Shown piece by piece: positions 9,175 to 18,594 of a stretch of DNA of 40,000 nucleotides. Position numbers and translations under genes: made by a program. Under the pieces are notes generated by a model that saw only the letters and a list, made by a program, of their open reading frames with translations, ran no database searches and was not told the DNA's origin. The stretch spans positions 2,402,965 through 2,442,964 of the forward strand of contig NZ_CP027846.1 in the NCBI RefSeq assembly GCF_003019255.1, written 5' to 3'. Position 1 is the first letter of the stretch, and each line of letters starts with the position of its first letter. This DNA is from Staphylococcus kloosii (GTDB taxonomy: Bacteria > Bacillota > Bacilli > Staphylococcales > Staphylococcaceae).

Positions 9175-9230
9175 TTCATTCAAAAACAATCACATTTTTT
9201 GTATTTTTAGCTAAATTCATTCAAAAACAA
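9175..9230. repeat. Perfect 15-bp direct repeat TTCATTCAAAAACAA (x2, 41 bp apart) upstream of the fru promoter
   Basis: The copies at 9175-9189 and 9216-9230 are identical, and their flanks are also similar. A third degenerate TGATTGA-type copy overlaps the -35. Confidence 0.8.
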
Positions 9231-9261
9231 CCATTTAACGCCAATCACATTCCAAAAGAAA

Positions 9262-9298
9262 TAAAAAAATAGCAATTCAGTTGTATTACTGAATTGCT
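9262..9298 (-). terminator. Rho-independent terminator after ybaK
   Basis: AGCAATTCAG (9271-9280) pairs with CTGAATTGCT (9289-9298). There is a U-run on the minus strand (plus-strand A-run 9263-9270). Confidence 0.85.
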
Positions 9299-9342
9299 AC
9301 TGCTTTTTAAATTACATTAAACTTATAACCACAATTAAATCG

Positions 9343-9819
9343 TTATTCTATAATATTGGCAGCTTCTGCTTCTGCTATATAAATCAAATCTTGGCTATTT
9401 ATTTTAATTTGCATACCGCGTTCTCCGCCGCTAACATAAACATTTTGTAGCTGTAATGCACTTTCATCTATATACGTTGGAAAGTGTTTTTTCATGCCTA
9501 TTGGTGAACAACCACCTCTCACATAACCTGTAACTTGTTTCAGTCGCTCAAGTGGCAATAACGCTAATTTCTTTTGTTGTGCGGTATGCGCTGCCTGTTT
9601 CATATTCAACGTTTCCTCGACTGGAATTACAAATATAAAACATTCATGTTGTGCATTTTCTAGTACTAGCGTTTTATACACAAACTTAGCATCTACACCA
9701 ACAATTTGCGCAACCGTAGCCCCGTCCATATGTTTATTCGTAACTTCATATTTGTTTAGCTCATAATCGATATTGGCTTTTTCTAATATACGCATCGCAT
9801 TCGTTTTTTTATGTTTCAT
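9343..9819 (-). CDS. ybaK: Cys-tRNA(Pro)/Cys-tRNA(Cys) deacylase YbaK
   Basis: YbaK/EbsC fold motifs are present (TNAMRILE..., GYVRGGCSPIG). The start was moved to the ATG at 9819, which has AAGGTG 6 nt upstream. Confidence 0.85.
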   Translation of the reverse strand: MKHKKTNAMRILEKANIDYELNKYEVTNKHMDGATVAQIVGVDAKFVYKTLVLENAQHECFIFVIPVEETLNMKQAAHTAQQKKLALLPLERLKQVTGYVRGGCSPIGMKKHFPTYIDESALQLQNVYVSGGERGMQIKINSQDLIYIAEAEAANIIE

Positions 9820-9901
9820 GAGAGACACCTTCTAGAAATATTTATAATGTTCCTTCAAACGTTAGATGTCAAAAGCAACAATATTTAACCTCGCTATTAA
9901 T

Positions 9902-10771
9902 TTAATCAAGGTTGAGTGATTTAATAAATGTTTTTAACTCGTCACGCATCGACTGGTCTTTTAATGCAAATTCAATCGTCGTTTTAACAAAACCTAACTT
10001 TTCACCTACGTCAAAACGATTACCTTCAAAATCATAGGCAAAAACTTGATTATCTTTATTTAAACGTTCAATCGCATCTGTTAGCTGAATTTCGCCACCT
10101 GCACCTTTACCTTGTGTCTCTAAATAATTGAAGATTTCTGCTGTAAGGACATAACGTCCCATTATTGCTAAATTCGAAGGCGCAGTGCCTTCAGCTGGTT
10201 TTTCAACAAACTTTTTCACTTCATAGCGTCGTCCTTGTTGTGCTATAGGATCAATAATGCCATATCTATGCGTTTCTTCTTCTGGAACTTCTTGAACACC
10301 TATCACTGACTTTTCAGTTTGCTCATAAATATCCATAAGTTGTTTGATTGCAGGCGTATCTGATTCAACGATATCGTCACCTAATAATACAGCGAATGGT
10401 TCATCACCTATAAATTGACGTGCTGAATAAATAGCATGCCCTAATCCCTTTTGTTCTTTTTGTCTTACATAGAAAATATTGGCTAATTCAGTTGAATATT
10501 TTACACGTTCTAATAAATCATCTTTTCCTTTTTCTTCTAAAATCATTTCTAATTCTTTTTGATTATCAAAATGATCTTCTATTGCTCTTTTATGTTTACC
10601 TGTAACGATAATAATGTCTTCGATTCCAGCTTTTGCTGCTTCTTCGACTATGTATTGTATTGTTGGTTTATCTAATATAGGCAACATTTCTTTAGGCATT
10701 GCTTTTGTTGCCGGTAAAAATCTTGTACCTAACCCCGCAGCAGGTATGATTGCTTTTTTTATCTTTTTCAC
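9902..10771 (-). CDS. gtaB: UTP--glucose-1-phosphate uridylyltransferase
   Basis: [26 protein letters not shown] and the remainder match staphylococcal GtaB closely. The start was moved to the GTG at 10771 (giving [13 protein letters not shown]), which has GGGTGA 5 nt upstream. Confidence 0.95.
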   Translation of the reverse strand: MKKIKKAIIPAAGLGTRFLPATKAMPKEMLPILDKPTIQYIVEEAAKAGIEDIIIVTGKHKRAIEDHFDNQKELEMILEEKGKDDLLERVKYSTELANIFYVRQKEQKGLGHAIYSARQFIGDEPFAVLLGDDIVESDTPAIKQLMDIYEQTEKSVIGVQEVPEEETHRYGIIDPIAQQGRRYEVKKFVEKPAEGTAPSNLAIMGRYVLTAEIFNYLETQGKGAGGEIQLTDAIERLNKDNQVFAYDFEGNRFDVGEKLGFVKTTIEFALKDQSMRDELKTFIKSLNLD

Positions 10772-10835
10772 AAAGTTCACCCATTTCATAATATATATAC
10801 TTCATTCATCTATATCGTATCATTGATTTTTTATG

Positions 10836-10873
10836 GAATAAAAAATCACATAAATCTAGTTTGATTTATGTGA
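10836..10873 (-). terminator. Rho-independent terminator after the 245-aa hypothetical gene
   Basis: TCACATAAATC (10846-10856) pairs with GATTTATGTGA (10863-10873), followed by a U-run on the minus strand. Confidence 0.85.
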
Positions 10874-10900
10874 ATCATAACATTTTTTTAAACGCGTCGG

Positions 10901-11638
10901 CTACTTCATTGTTGGTAAATTAACGACATTACCTGAATTTGTTACATGTGCTTTTAAGCGTTTGTGATTTAATGGATTAACAAATAAATAAGTCATCCCT
11001 TTTGTTGTACGACTAATATTACTTAATGTCGCTTGGGGTGATAATTGGTCTTGCGCATATCTTTGTGCTATAACGCCCATTTCTTGTTTAGACATAGTAA
11101 TACTTTGTCCTTCAGTTTTAACTGGCTTAAAAGCGTCATCATAAATATGAGCTTTATTTTGAACATCGACTGTCACTCTAAAATAAGTGTTTTGTTTTTT
11201 GGCATTTTCAAAAGTGAAAACATAATAGTATTTACCTTTATAATTTTTATCGATGGCATAATCATTATATCGATTATGCGTCTGATTCGTATTATTTACC
11301 AAAGATTGGGCCGAACCTAAAGCAGAAGTAAATGGAGGTAATCGTTTGTTTGCTGTTTCATTGTTATTAGATACTTGTGTAGTATTTTGGGCAATAGGAG
11401 TAGCATTTTTACCATTGCGCGGATTATTTAAACCTGAAGGTTGAATAGCTGCATCAATTGTATGGTGATATGCAAAAATACTTTCAACTTTATTAACTGC
11501 AACATTTTTTACAGTGGGCTTACTACAAATCAATTCATGAACTTTTACGAGCGCATTTTGATTCGTGGCGATAAATAACAGGAAGGCTAGAAAGCATGCT
11601 AGTAAAAAAGTTACTAACCCTAGCATTAAATTTTTCAT
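10901..11638 (-). CDS. Hypothetical membrane-anchored/secreted protein
   Basis: 245 aa with an N-terminal hydrophobic helix, an N/Q/T-rich low-complexity linker and a C-terminal globular part of about 120 aa. GGGGAGGT RBS. I recognise no family. Confidence 0.6.
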   Translation of the reverse strand: MKNLMLGLVTFLLACFLAFLLFIATNQNALVKVHELICSKPTVKNVAVNKVESIFAYHHTIDAAIQPSGLNNPRNGKNATPIAQNTTQVSNNNETANKRLPPFTSALGSAQSLVNNTNQTHNRYNDYAIDKNYKGKYYYVFTFENAKKQNTYFRVTVDVQNKAHIYDDAFKPVKTEGQSITMSKQEMGVIAQRYAQDQLSPQATLSNISRTTKGMTYLFVNPLNHKRLKAHVTNSGNVVNLPTMK

Positions 11639-11812
11639 AAGTTACCTCCCCATCACTGATTTATTTTAATAAATAGTAACATAAAAAAAGTGATTATAAC
11701 GTTAAGTGTAGTACAATTTAAAAAGAATGTAATGTATGTAACATATTTATTACGAATTTAAAAAATTACTATAACAAAATTGTCACAAAACCACTAACAT
11801 CGTAAATTTCCA

Positions 11813-11853
11813 ATAAAAAAACACTCTTATCTACATTATTAGATAAAAGTGTT
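11813..11853 (-). terminator. Rho-independent terminator after norA
   Basis: A 14-bp stem (11820-11833 with 11840-11853, one wobble) is followed by a U-run on the minus strand. Confidence 0.85.
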
Positions 11854-11887
11854 GATTAAATATCTTTTTACTTAATTAATTTTTTAG

Positions 11888-13054
11888 TTAAGCTTTTGCT
11901 TTTTTACGTTTCATTCTTAAAGCTTTTTCAATGAAAATTACAATTATCCCTAAAATCATAACGACTACTGACATATATAGTGGAAATTCAAAATTAACAT
12001 CAAACAATGATCCTGCAACTAATGGTCCAATAAAGTTACCCATACTCGTAAACGTGGAGTTTAAACCGCCCGCAAAGCCTTGACGATCTCCTGCGATATT
12101 GGAAAAATAATTCGTAATTGCTGGACGAATCATATCAAATCCAATAAAGACAATGAAACTAACAATCATGATTCCCCAGTAACTTTGCGTTATCGTCAAT
12201 GCGACCAACACAATTGCAGAATATACCAATGAATATGTTATAAAATTGAGTTCACTGAAATATTTCATAAATTTATCGAAAAAGAACACTTGGAATACTG
12301 CGCCTGCTATACCACCACCAGTAATGGCGATAGAAATATCTAATGGTGAATAATGAGCTTTATCCGCAGTATATAATGGAAACAATGTCTCAAATGAAGA
12401 CAAACCAAAAGCTAATACGAGCGTTAAAATGATTGGCGTTAAAAATACTTTCCAATTTATTTTACTCAATAACTCTGGCTGATAATTTGTAAAACCAGCC
12501 GTCGTCGCTTTCTTAGGGTTATGAATAAGTATGATCGATAAAATTAAAGCTAAAATACCACTAAATCCTGCAACAAAGAATGGTAAACGGTGTGAAAATT
12601 CGGCTAAAAAGCCACCTAATCCAGGTCCTAAAATAAAACCGGAATTAATAATGGCCGACATATAACCAAAGTTTTTAGCTTTATCTCCTGCTGGTGATAT
12701 ATCTGCTATTAAGCCTGTTACACCTGGCATAACCATACCTGCACTAAAACCGCCTAATATTCTTGATACAATTAGTAAAGTGAAGGAGTGACTAATCGCA
12801 AAGAGAAATTCTGAAATTGCGAAAAGTAACAACCCGATACATATAATTAACTTTTTACCAAGTTTATCGGCTAGCGTACCACCAAAAGGTGATATAACCA
12901 TTTGAGCCAATGCAAAGACAGCTACTAAGACTCCTAAATCGCTCCCTTTTAAGCCTAAATCTTTCAAATATACAGGTAATACAGGAACGATTAACCCTAT
13001 ACCTAAGAAAACTAGAAATATATTAAAATATAAGACGTAAAACTGTTTATTCAT
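11888..13054 (-). CDS. norA: MFS (DHA1) multidrug/quinolone efflux pump NorA
   Basis: 388 aa. It is near-colinear with remembered S. aureus NorA (MNKQ..VLYFNIFL.FLGIGL..PVLPVYLKDLGL.GSDLG...GTLADKLGKKLIICIGL...NFGYMSAIINSGFILGPG...). GGGAGAG RBS. Confidence 0.93.
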   Translation of the reverse strand: MNKQFYVLYFNIFLVFLGIGLIVPVLPVYLKDLGLKGSDLGVLVAVFALAQMVISPFGGTLADKLGKKLIICIGLLLFAISEFLFAISHSFTLLIVSRILGGFSAGMVMPGVTGLIADISPAGDKAKNFGYMSAIINSGFILGPGLGGFLAEFSHRLPFFVAGFSGILALILSIILIHNPKKATTAGFTNYQPELLSKINWKVFLTPIILTLVLAFGLSSFETLFPLYTADKAHYSPLDISIAITGGGIAGAVFQVFFFDKFMKYFSELNFITYSLVYSAIVLVALTITQSYWGIMIVSFIVFIGFDMIRPAITNYFSNIAGDRQGFAGGLNSTFTSMGNFIGPLVAGSLFDVNFEFPLYMSVVVMILGIIVIFIEKALRMKRKKAKA

Positions 13055-13259
13055 AATTCACTCTCCCTACACTCAAATTAAAGGTTTTAGTTGGATTATT
13101 ATACAACTTATCAACGTGTATATTTTGCATAATATTACAATATTCTATTACAACTATCATAATGAACACAATAGAAAAATTTAAATTTTTTGAGTTATAA
13201 ACAAAACAACTCTGGGTAATTAATAATTATACAGAAATAAACAAATGGGTGGGAGTTAT

Positions 13260-13688
13260 ATGAACTATAAAGTTGATGGTCAAACTATTATCTTAGTATT
13301 AGAACAAGGCGAAGACATTGTTGAACAAGTAACTGCAATCGCGCAGCAACAAAATGGTAAATTTGGTACTGTTAGTGGTATTGGAGCTTGCCAAGGCGTA
13401 GAATTGAATTTTTATAATCTTGAAACGCAAACGTATGAAAAGCGAGCAGTAAAAGAACCACTCGAACTTATAAGCTTGCTCGGTAATATTTCACATGTTG
13501 ACGATAAACCATTTGCTCATTTACATGCTACTTTTGGTACAAATCAATATCAAACTTTAAGTGGTCATTTAACTAAAGCAATCGTTTCTGCAACTGCAGA
13601 AATTGTCATTACAATGACTGATGTAGATATCAACCGTAAACATAACAGTAAAATTGGCTTGAATTTATTAGATTTATCATCAGATTGA
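13260..13688 (+). CDS. PPC (DUF296) domain protein, putative DNA-binding
   Basis: About 142 aa with the DUF296-type pattern (G.I.S..G.G....L.......Y......PLE..SL.G.I....PH.H). The start was taken at the ATG at 13260, just after GGGTGGGAG. Confidence 0.7.
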   Translation: MNYKVDGQTIILVLEQGEDIVEQVTAIAQQQNGKFGTVSGIGACQGVELNFYNLETQTYEKRAVKEPLELISLLGNISHVDDKPFAHLHATFGTNQYQTLSGHLTKAIVSATAEIVITMTDVDINRKHNSKIGLNLLDLSSD

Positions 13689-13710
13689 TAATTTATAGCC
13701 ATAAAATAAT

Positions 13711-13767
13711 ACAGAGGTGTATGCTTGCTATAATGAGTTGTCGCCTCTGTTTTTATTTGTTTTTTTA
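13711..13767 (+). terminator. Rho-independent terminator
   Basis: ACAGAGGTG (13711-13719) pairs with CGCCTCTGT (13742-13750, one G-U), followed by T-runs. Confidence 0.8.
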
Positions 13768-13972
13768 AGTATTATGAATTTTAAATGACTTAAAAATAAC
13801 TTTAAACTGCCTGCTCATAGCTATTACAGGTTAAAAAGAAGTCTGCTATTATATTTCTTTTCCATTGCTTATAAAAAACAAAACATGTATTATTAAATCT
13901 CATATTCTCAAACACACTTTATACTATTAGTATATATTCAAAATAGTCGTTTTAGTAAGGAAGGTAAGTCTT

Positions 13973-14605
13973 ATGAACTTTAAATATAAAGTACGATATA
14001 TAGCACGTATTGTATTTTTATTACTCATAATCATTTCTATCTTAAAAAATAATGTTTATGGGTTTATGACACTCAATCTCTTTTTAGCATATATTCCTTT
14101 AGAATTATGTTTATTACTTAAATTGTTTAAACCTAGACGTAAATTTGAATGGCCCCTATTCGTTATCTTTTCACTTATTTTCGTCTTTATGGTGCCAAAT
14201 ACGTTTTATATGATTACTGATTTAATACATTTAAATCAATTCGCTTTTAACTTTTATGCTGGTTTGAATATTATCGAATGGAAATACTTCTCATATTTAG
14301 TTGCTGCAGTATTTTTCGCTCTCTATTGTTTAATGTTGATATTCTTAGAAATGAGTACATTCACCCGTTATATGTGGTTAAATCGTACAATTATTCTAAT
14401 CATGATGTTTTTAAATGGGCTTGGTATATATATGGGCAGATTTTTACGTGTTCATTCAGTTTACTTGATAAACGAGCCATTAAGAATTATCAGAGAGGTA
14501 TTCGTAGCAATTTTTAACGTAGATACAATTATTTTCGTATTGTTGATGGTTTGCTTACAATTATTGCTTGTATTGTTTATGAAAGGAGTTCGTATGGCAA
14601 AATGA
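13973..14605 (+). CDS. DUF1361 family integral membrane protein
   Basis: 210 aa, polytopic, with LNLFLAYIP and PNTFYMITDLIHL motifs characteristic of DUF1361. AAGGAAGG RBS. Confidence 0.75.
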   Translation: MNFKYKVRYIARIVFLLLIIISILKNNVYGFMTLNLFLAYIPLELCLLLKLFKPRRKFEWPLFVIFSLIFVFMVPNTFYMITDLIHLNQFAFNFYAGLNIIEWKYFSYLVAAVFFALYCLMLIFLEMSTFTRYMWLNRTIILIMMFLNGLGIYMGRFLRVHSVYLINEPLRIIREVFVAIFNVDTIIFVLLMVCLQLLLVLFMKGVRMAK

Positions 14606-14871
14606 TCACAAAAATTATAATTTTGTTAGTTATCATTATCTTACTCCAACTCATTATTGGTCATTTTTTACACGAAGTAGGATTTTCACTACTTCATAGT
14701 ATTATTTTAATGCTATTCCCATTAGGTATAGGGCTGTTCTTCTTGCAATTATTTTATTATGAGCAACGCTATCCAGAATGGTCAGTTCCTTTAAAAGTAA
14801 AATTAAGATTAAAATATATGTATATCATTACATTCTTTGAATACGTTGCTGTTTATATTTGCTTATTTTAA
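14602..14871 (+). CDS. Small hydrophobic membrane protein (89 aa), translationally coupled to the DUF1361 gene
   Basis: Its ATG at 14602 overlaps the upstream TGA (ATGA). It has three predicted TM segments. I recognise no family. Confidence 0.55.
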   Translation: MITKIIILLVIIILLQLIIGHFLHEVGFSLLHSIILMLFPLGIGLFFLQLFYYEQRYPEWSVPLKVKLRLKYMYIITFFEYVAVYICLF

Positions 14872-14929
14872 AAATTTAAAAACCGGTCATTACCCCATTT
14901 TAATAATGGACGTAGTGACCGGCTTTTTA
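14872..14929. terminator. Bidirectional rho-independent terminator (convergent genes)
   Basis: An 11-bp stem (14883-14893 with 14912-14922) is flanked by an A-run on the left and a T-run on the right. Confidence 0.85.
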
Positions 14930-14975
14930 TATGTGATATGTGATTTCCATCGCGTTTATATGATTAACTTAGCTA

Positions 14976-15584
14976 TTATTTTTGTCGTATTCTTTTTAAC
15001 CATTTAAATAATATATATATAACAAGAAGCAATAATAAGACATAAATAATTTTAGAATAGATATCCATATAATTAACGATAACGTGCCAATTGCCACCTA
15101 CTGTTTGTCCTAAATATATTAAAACAATATTCCATAGTAGCGTACCAATCGTGGTAAAAATAATAAAAATCCATATATTCATTCGCGTAATGCCAGCAGG
15201 GATTGAAATAAGACTTCTTATTAAAGGAATAAACCTACAAAAGAAAATCGTCCAATAACCATACCGTTCAAACCACTTAAAAGTTTTTGTTAAATCTTCT
15301 GTAGTTACACGTAGAAATTTCCCGTACTTTTGCACTAAATTGTATAGCTTATTTTCCCCAATCCAAGTACCAATACCATAGAGGGCAATAGCCCCAATTA
15401 CAGAACCAATTGTAGATGTTATGACGACGCCAACAAAAGTTAAGTCAGTTTTTGTCGTCATAAAGCCACCAAAAGTTAAAATGATTTCAGACGGTATAGG
15501 TGGAAAAACATTTTCTAAAAAAATTAACCACGCTATACCGAAATAACCATATTGTTCCATAAAATGAATTATCCATTTTTCCAT
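14976..15584 (-). CDS. DedA family (SNARE-associated/VTT domain) membrane protein
   Basis: 202 aa with FLENVFPPIPSEIIL.FGG and RFIPLIRSLISIPAG motifs. AGGAGAAAA RBS. Confidence 0.88.
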   Translation of the reverse strand: MEKWIIHFMEQYGYFGIAWLIFLENVFPPIPSEIILTFGGFMTTKTDLTFVGVVITSTIGSVIGAIALYGIGTWIGENKLYNLVQKYGKFLRVTTEDLTKTFKWFERYGYWTIFFCRFIPLIRSLISIPAGITRMNIWIFIIFTTIGTLLWNIVLIYLGQTVGGNWHVIVNYMDIYSKIIYVLLLLLVIYILFKWLKRIRQK

Positions 15585-15611
15585 TCATTTTCTCCTAATA
15601 ATAACTAATTT

Positions 15612-15911
15612 TTAGAACAAATTATTAAATGAAGCATATAAGTACATCAGTGTACCAAATATTGCGCCTGTTAATACTGTTAGTACCAATGATAGTAACA
15701 TTGTACGTTTATAATGTTTAACAAATGAGACGAATAGTAATCCGCCATTATATAAGAAAAACAAACCAAATAATGCTAGAAAAATATTTATATCAGGATA
15801 GGCAATATTTAGTATTAATATAACTATAGCAAAACCTAAAAATGGAAAATTAATTAAGTTTCGTTGAAATTTTGTTTCTTTCTCTTGATGTTGTTCGTTC
15901 TTTTGACTCAT
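15612..15911 (-). CDS. Small membrane protein (99 aa), unknown function
   Basis: Three hydrophobic helices follow a charged N-terminus. AAAGGAG RBS. It is packed between the AKR and DedA genes. Confidence 0.6.
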   Translation of the reverse strand: MSQKNEQHQEKETKFQRNLINFPFLGFAIVILILNIAYPDINIFLALFGLFFLYNGGLLFVSFVKHYKRTMLLSLVLTVLTGAIFGTLMYLYASFNNLF

Positions 15912-15930
15912 TTTCTATTTCTCCTTTTAA

Positions 15931-16839
15931 TTATGGAATATCATGGCCGAGTGACGCAGTATAAATATCAAACCATTCTTGGTCACTTAGCGTAATATTC
16001 ATTCCTGCAAGCGCATCATCTACTCTACTAATTTGATGTGTACCTAACACAGGCATTACTTGAGACGGGTGTTTATTAAGCCACGCCATGATTATTCCCG
16101 AAGTTGTAACTTGATATTTTTGTGCCAGTGATTCAATTTTTGTCATTATACGTTGTGCTTTAGCGTCATCAGCATTAAATAGCTTACCGCCAGCAAGCGG
16201 ACTCCATGCCATTATTTTAACCTCGTCTTTATACATATGATTGATTGTGCCATCTTCTAACGCGTCGAGCGTGTAAGGAGATAATTCTAATTGATTCAAC
16301 GTAATATGTAATTTGTCACATACTAAGTGTTTATTTAACAAATCATATTGAGACTTTTTAAAATTAGATACGCCAAATGATTTAACTTTTCCTGCTGTCA
16401 CTAAATTTTTTAATGCCTCAGTAATTTCATTCGGGTCCATTAATGGTGATGGTCGATGGATAAGTAAAGAGTCAAGATGATCAACGTTCAACTCTGATAA
16501 CGACCTATTTACTGATTGTTCTATATGTTGCTGAGAATGGTCATAGCGATGTCCATTCGTCCATGAGAATTTGTCTGAAGGTAGTACTATACCGCATTTA
16601 GACACTATTTCTATCTTATCTCGAAGTTCTGGAGATAATTTTAACGCTTGTCCAAATATGCCTTCACATGAATAATCGCCATAAAGGTCAGCGTGATCCA
16701 CAGTAGTAATACCTCTATCTACTAATTCATGTAAATATTTATTTAATTGTTGCGGCGACCAATCCCATGCATTTGCGCGCCAAAAACCTTGTATAATTTT
16801 TGAAAAAGAAACATGCTGATTAATTGTAACTCTATCCAT
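15931..16839 (-). CDS. Aldo/keto reductase, YdhF-like oxidoreductase
   Basis: 302 aa. The N-terminal region resembles E. coli YdhF (..F.RA..W.W....L......L.D.GITT.DHAD.YG.Y.CE..FG.ALKL.P.LR..IEIVSKCGI). Confidence 0.85.
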   Translation of the reverse strand: MDRVTINQHVSFSKIIQGFWRANAWDWSPQQLNKYLHELVDRGITTVDHADLYGDYSCEGIFGQALKLSPELRDKIEIVSKCGIVLPSDKFSWTNGHRYDHSQQHIEQSVNRSLSELNVDHLDSLLIHRPSPLMDPNEITEALKNLVTAGKVKSFGVSNFKKSQYDLLNKHLVCDKLHITLNQLELSPYTLDALEDGTINHMYKDEVKIMAWSPLAGGKLFNADDAKAQRIMTKIESLAQKYQVTTSGIIMAWLNKHPSQVMPVLGTHQISRVDDALAGMNITLSDQEWFDIYTASLGHDIP

Positions 16840-16869
16840 CTAAACACATCCTTAATAGCGTTTTGTTAA

Positions 16870-17793
16870 TTACGTAAATTGTAACATGTCTAACTTATTT
16901 TTTATTCTCTCAACATCTAAATGTTCTCCGATAATCACAATTGTTAAATTTTTATCACATTCTATCGGTTGATAATTAGGAACACCAAACGCATATTGGA
17001 ATTCATAAATAGTTTCGGGCTCATCGCGGAATTTTACAAATCCTTTAAGTCTCAATACATTTTCTGGCAAGCGTAAAATAAATTGATAAAATAAACGTCT
17101 ATCAATAGGACTAGTGAACGTATAATTTAAAGTATTAATATTATGATGGTCACCATGTGTATGTTCAAAATCAATATCTTGTTGGCTAACTGCGTTTAGT
17201 TGTTTTTCAGTAACTTGTCCATACTCTGTGTAGAAAATGGCTGCCTTATCGTTAATCGCGCGCAATTGTGTTAAATTTTCACGAGAAGCATCTGCTATCA
17301 AATCCATTTTATTTACCAATATTAAGCTACATACCTTTAATTGCTCTTCCATAAGCTGTTTAGTTTGTTGCGTATAGTTATCTCTTGCAACAAATGTCGA
17401 AGCATCTGCTATGCCAATAATAAATGGCTGAGCAACTTCATCAATGATTTCAGGGTCTTGGCATGCAGCAACAATTTCTAGTGGATTGGCAATACCAGTC
17501 GCCTCTATTACGATATGGTCAGTTTGTCTATTAGCAATAAGTTGTTTCATTTGTATTAGTAAGTCTTGTTTCAAATCACAACAAACACAACCATTTAATA
17601 TAGGAATGACGTTAATGTCATGTGATAATTGGTTATTCACATCAAAATTACCTACCTCATTGACGATAAGCTGTGGATTTTCATCTCGTTGCAATAAATA
17701 TTGAATATAATTATCAAGAAATGTTGTTTTTCCACTGCCCAAAAAACCAGTTACAATAGTAACGGCTAGCTTTTCTTTCTTAAAACTTGTCAT
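16870..17793 (-). CDS. COG0523/CobW-family GTPase metallochaperone (ZigA/YciC-like)
   Basis: It has a Walker A (GFLGSGKTT), the metal-binding motif GCVCCDL, an NKMD box and a His-rich patch (EHTHGDHHN). The start was moved to the ATG at 17793, downstream of GAGTGA. Confidence 0.88.
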   Translation of the reverse strand: MTSFKKEKLAVTIVTGFLGSGKTTFLDNYIQYLLQRDENPQLIVNEVGNFDVNNQLSHDINVIPILNGCVCCDLKQDLLIQMKQLIANRQTDHIVIEATGIANPLEIVAACQDPEIIDEVAQPFIIGIADASTFVARDNYTQQTKQLMEEQLKVCSLILVNKMDLIADASRENLTQLRAINDKAAIFYTEYGQVTEKQLNAVSQQDIDFEHTHGDHHNINTLNYTFTSPIDRRLFYQFILRLPENVLRLKGFVKFRDEPETIYEFQYAFGVPNYQPIECDKNLTIVIIGEHLDVERIKNKLDMLQFT

Positions 17794-18021
17794 AGAAATC
17801 ACTCATTTCAAAATTTAATGTTTGCATAAATAATAAATTAAACCTATAATTAACCTTTTACTTGATAAAAGATTAAATATCTTCTACACTTTAATTACAC
17901 TTAATATTTTAGCATGGCAAAGTATAAAAGTGTGTTTGCAAATGGAATCTAAACAACATAGACGGATTTAATTCCGATGCACAGAGAAAAATACGGATTA
18001 GGATGTCTGGAGGAGAACTTA

Positions 18022-18465
18022 ATGTCTGAGCAACTAAATTTAAAGGAACAATTATGTTTCAGTTTATACAACGCACAAAGACAAGTAAATCGCTACTACT
18101 CAAACAATGTCTTTAAAAAGTATAAACTAACTTATCCACAATTCTTAGTTTTAACTATCTTGTGGACTGAATCACCAGTTAATGTTAAAAAGGTCGTTAC
18201 CGAATTAGCATTAGATACAGGTACTGTTTCACCGTTATTAAAACGTATGGAACAGGTAGATTTAATTAAACGCGAAAGATCAGAAGTCGATCAACGCGAG
18301 GTATTTATTCATTTAACAGATAAAAGTGAAGCAATTCGTCCTGAATTGGAAACTGCATGTCAAGACGTTGCAGTAGCATCTTCACTTGATACAGATGAAG
18401 CAGCTGAGCTTAATAGATTACTTGGCAAAGTGATAAAAGCATTTACTGAATACGAAAATGAGTAA
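18022..18465 (+). CDS. mgrA: MarR/OhrR-family global regulator MgrA
   Basis: 147 aa. It is nearly identical over most of its length to remembered S. aureus MgrA ([98 protein letters not shown]). GGAGGAG lies 6 nt upstream. Confidence 0.93.
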   Translation: MSEQLNLKEQLCFSLYNAQRQVNRYYSNNVFKKYKLTYPQFLVLTILWTESPVNVKKVVTELALDTGTVSPLLKRMEQVDLIKRERSEVDQREVFIHLTDKSEAIRPELETACQDVAVASSLDTDEAAELNRLLGKVIKAFTEYENE

Positions 18466-18536
18466 TTAGGGTGCATGCTAAAATATTGTAGAAGTTATAG
18501 TAATTGACATCAATAAATGTAAATTTAAATTTGAAT

Positions 18537-18578
18537 AAAGAGGTTAAACAATTTATTGTTTAACCTCTTTATTTTTTT
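18537..18578. terminator. Bidirectional terminator between mgrA and cydC
   Basis: A perfect 15-bp stem, AAAGAGGTTAAACAA (18537-18551) with TTGTTTAACCTCTTT (18556-18570), has a 4-nt loop and is followed by a T-run. Confidence 0.92.
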
Positions 18579-18594
18579 ATATTCACACATATTT

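Noticed and set aside
14278-14517. 79-aa same-strand alternative-frame ORF within the DUF1361 gene
   Set aside because: It is out of frame inside a confidently called membrane protein gene, has no RBS, and its translation is implausible.
17794-18021. Looked for Zur, Fur or PerR boxes and a long structured mgrA 5' UTR in the COG0523/mgrA divergent region
   Set aside because: No palindrome resembling these boxes was found. Only trivial 4-5 bp hairpins were seen. The absence is noted under the COG0523 finding rather than claimed as a feature.
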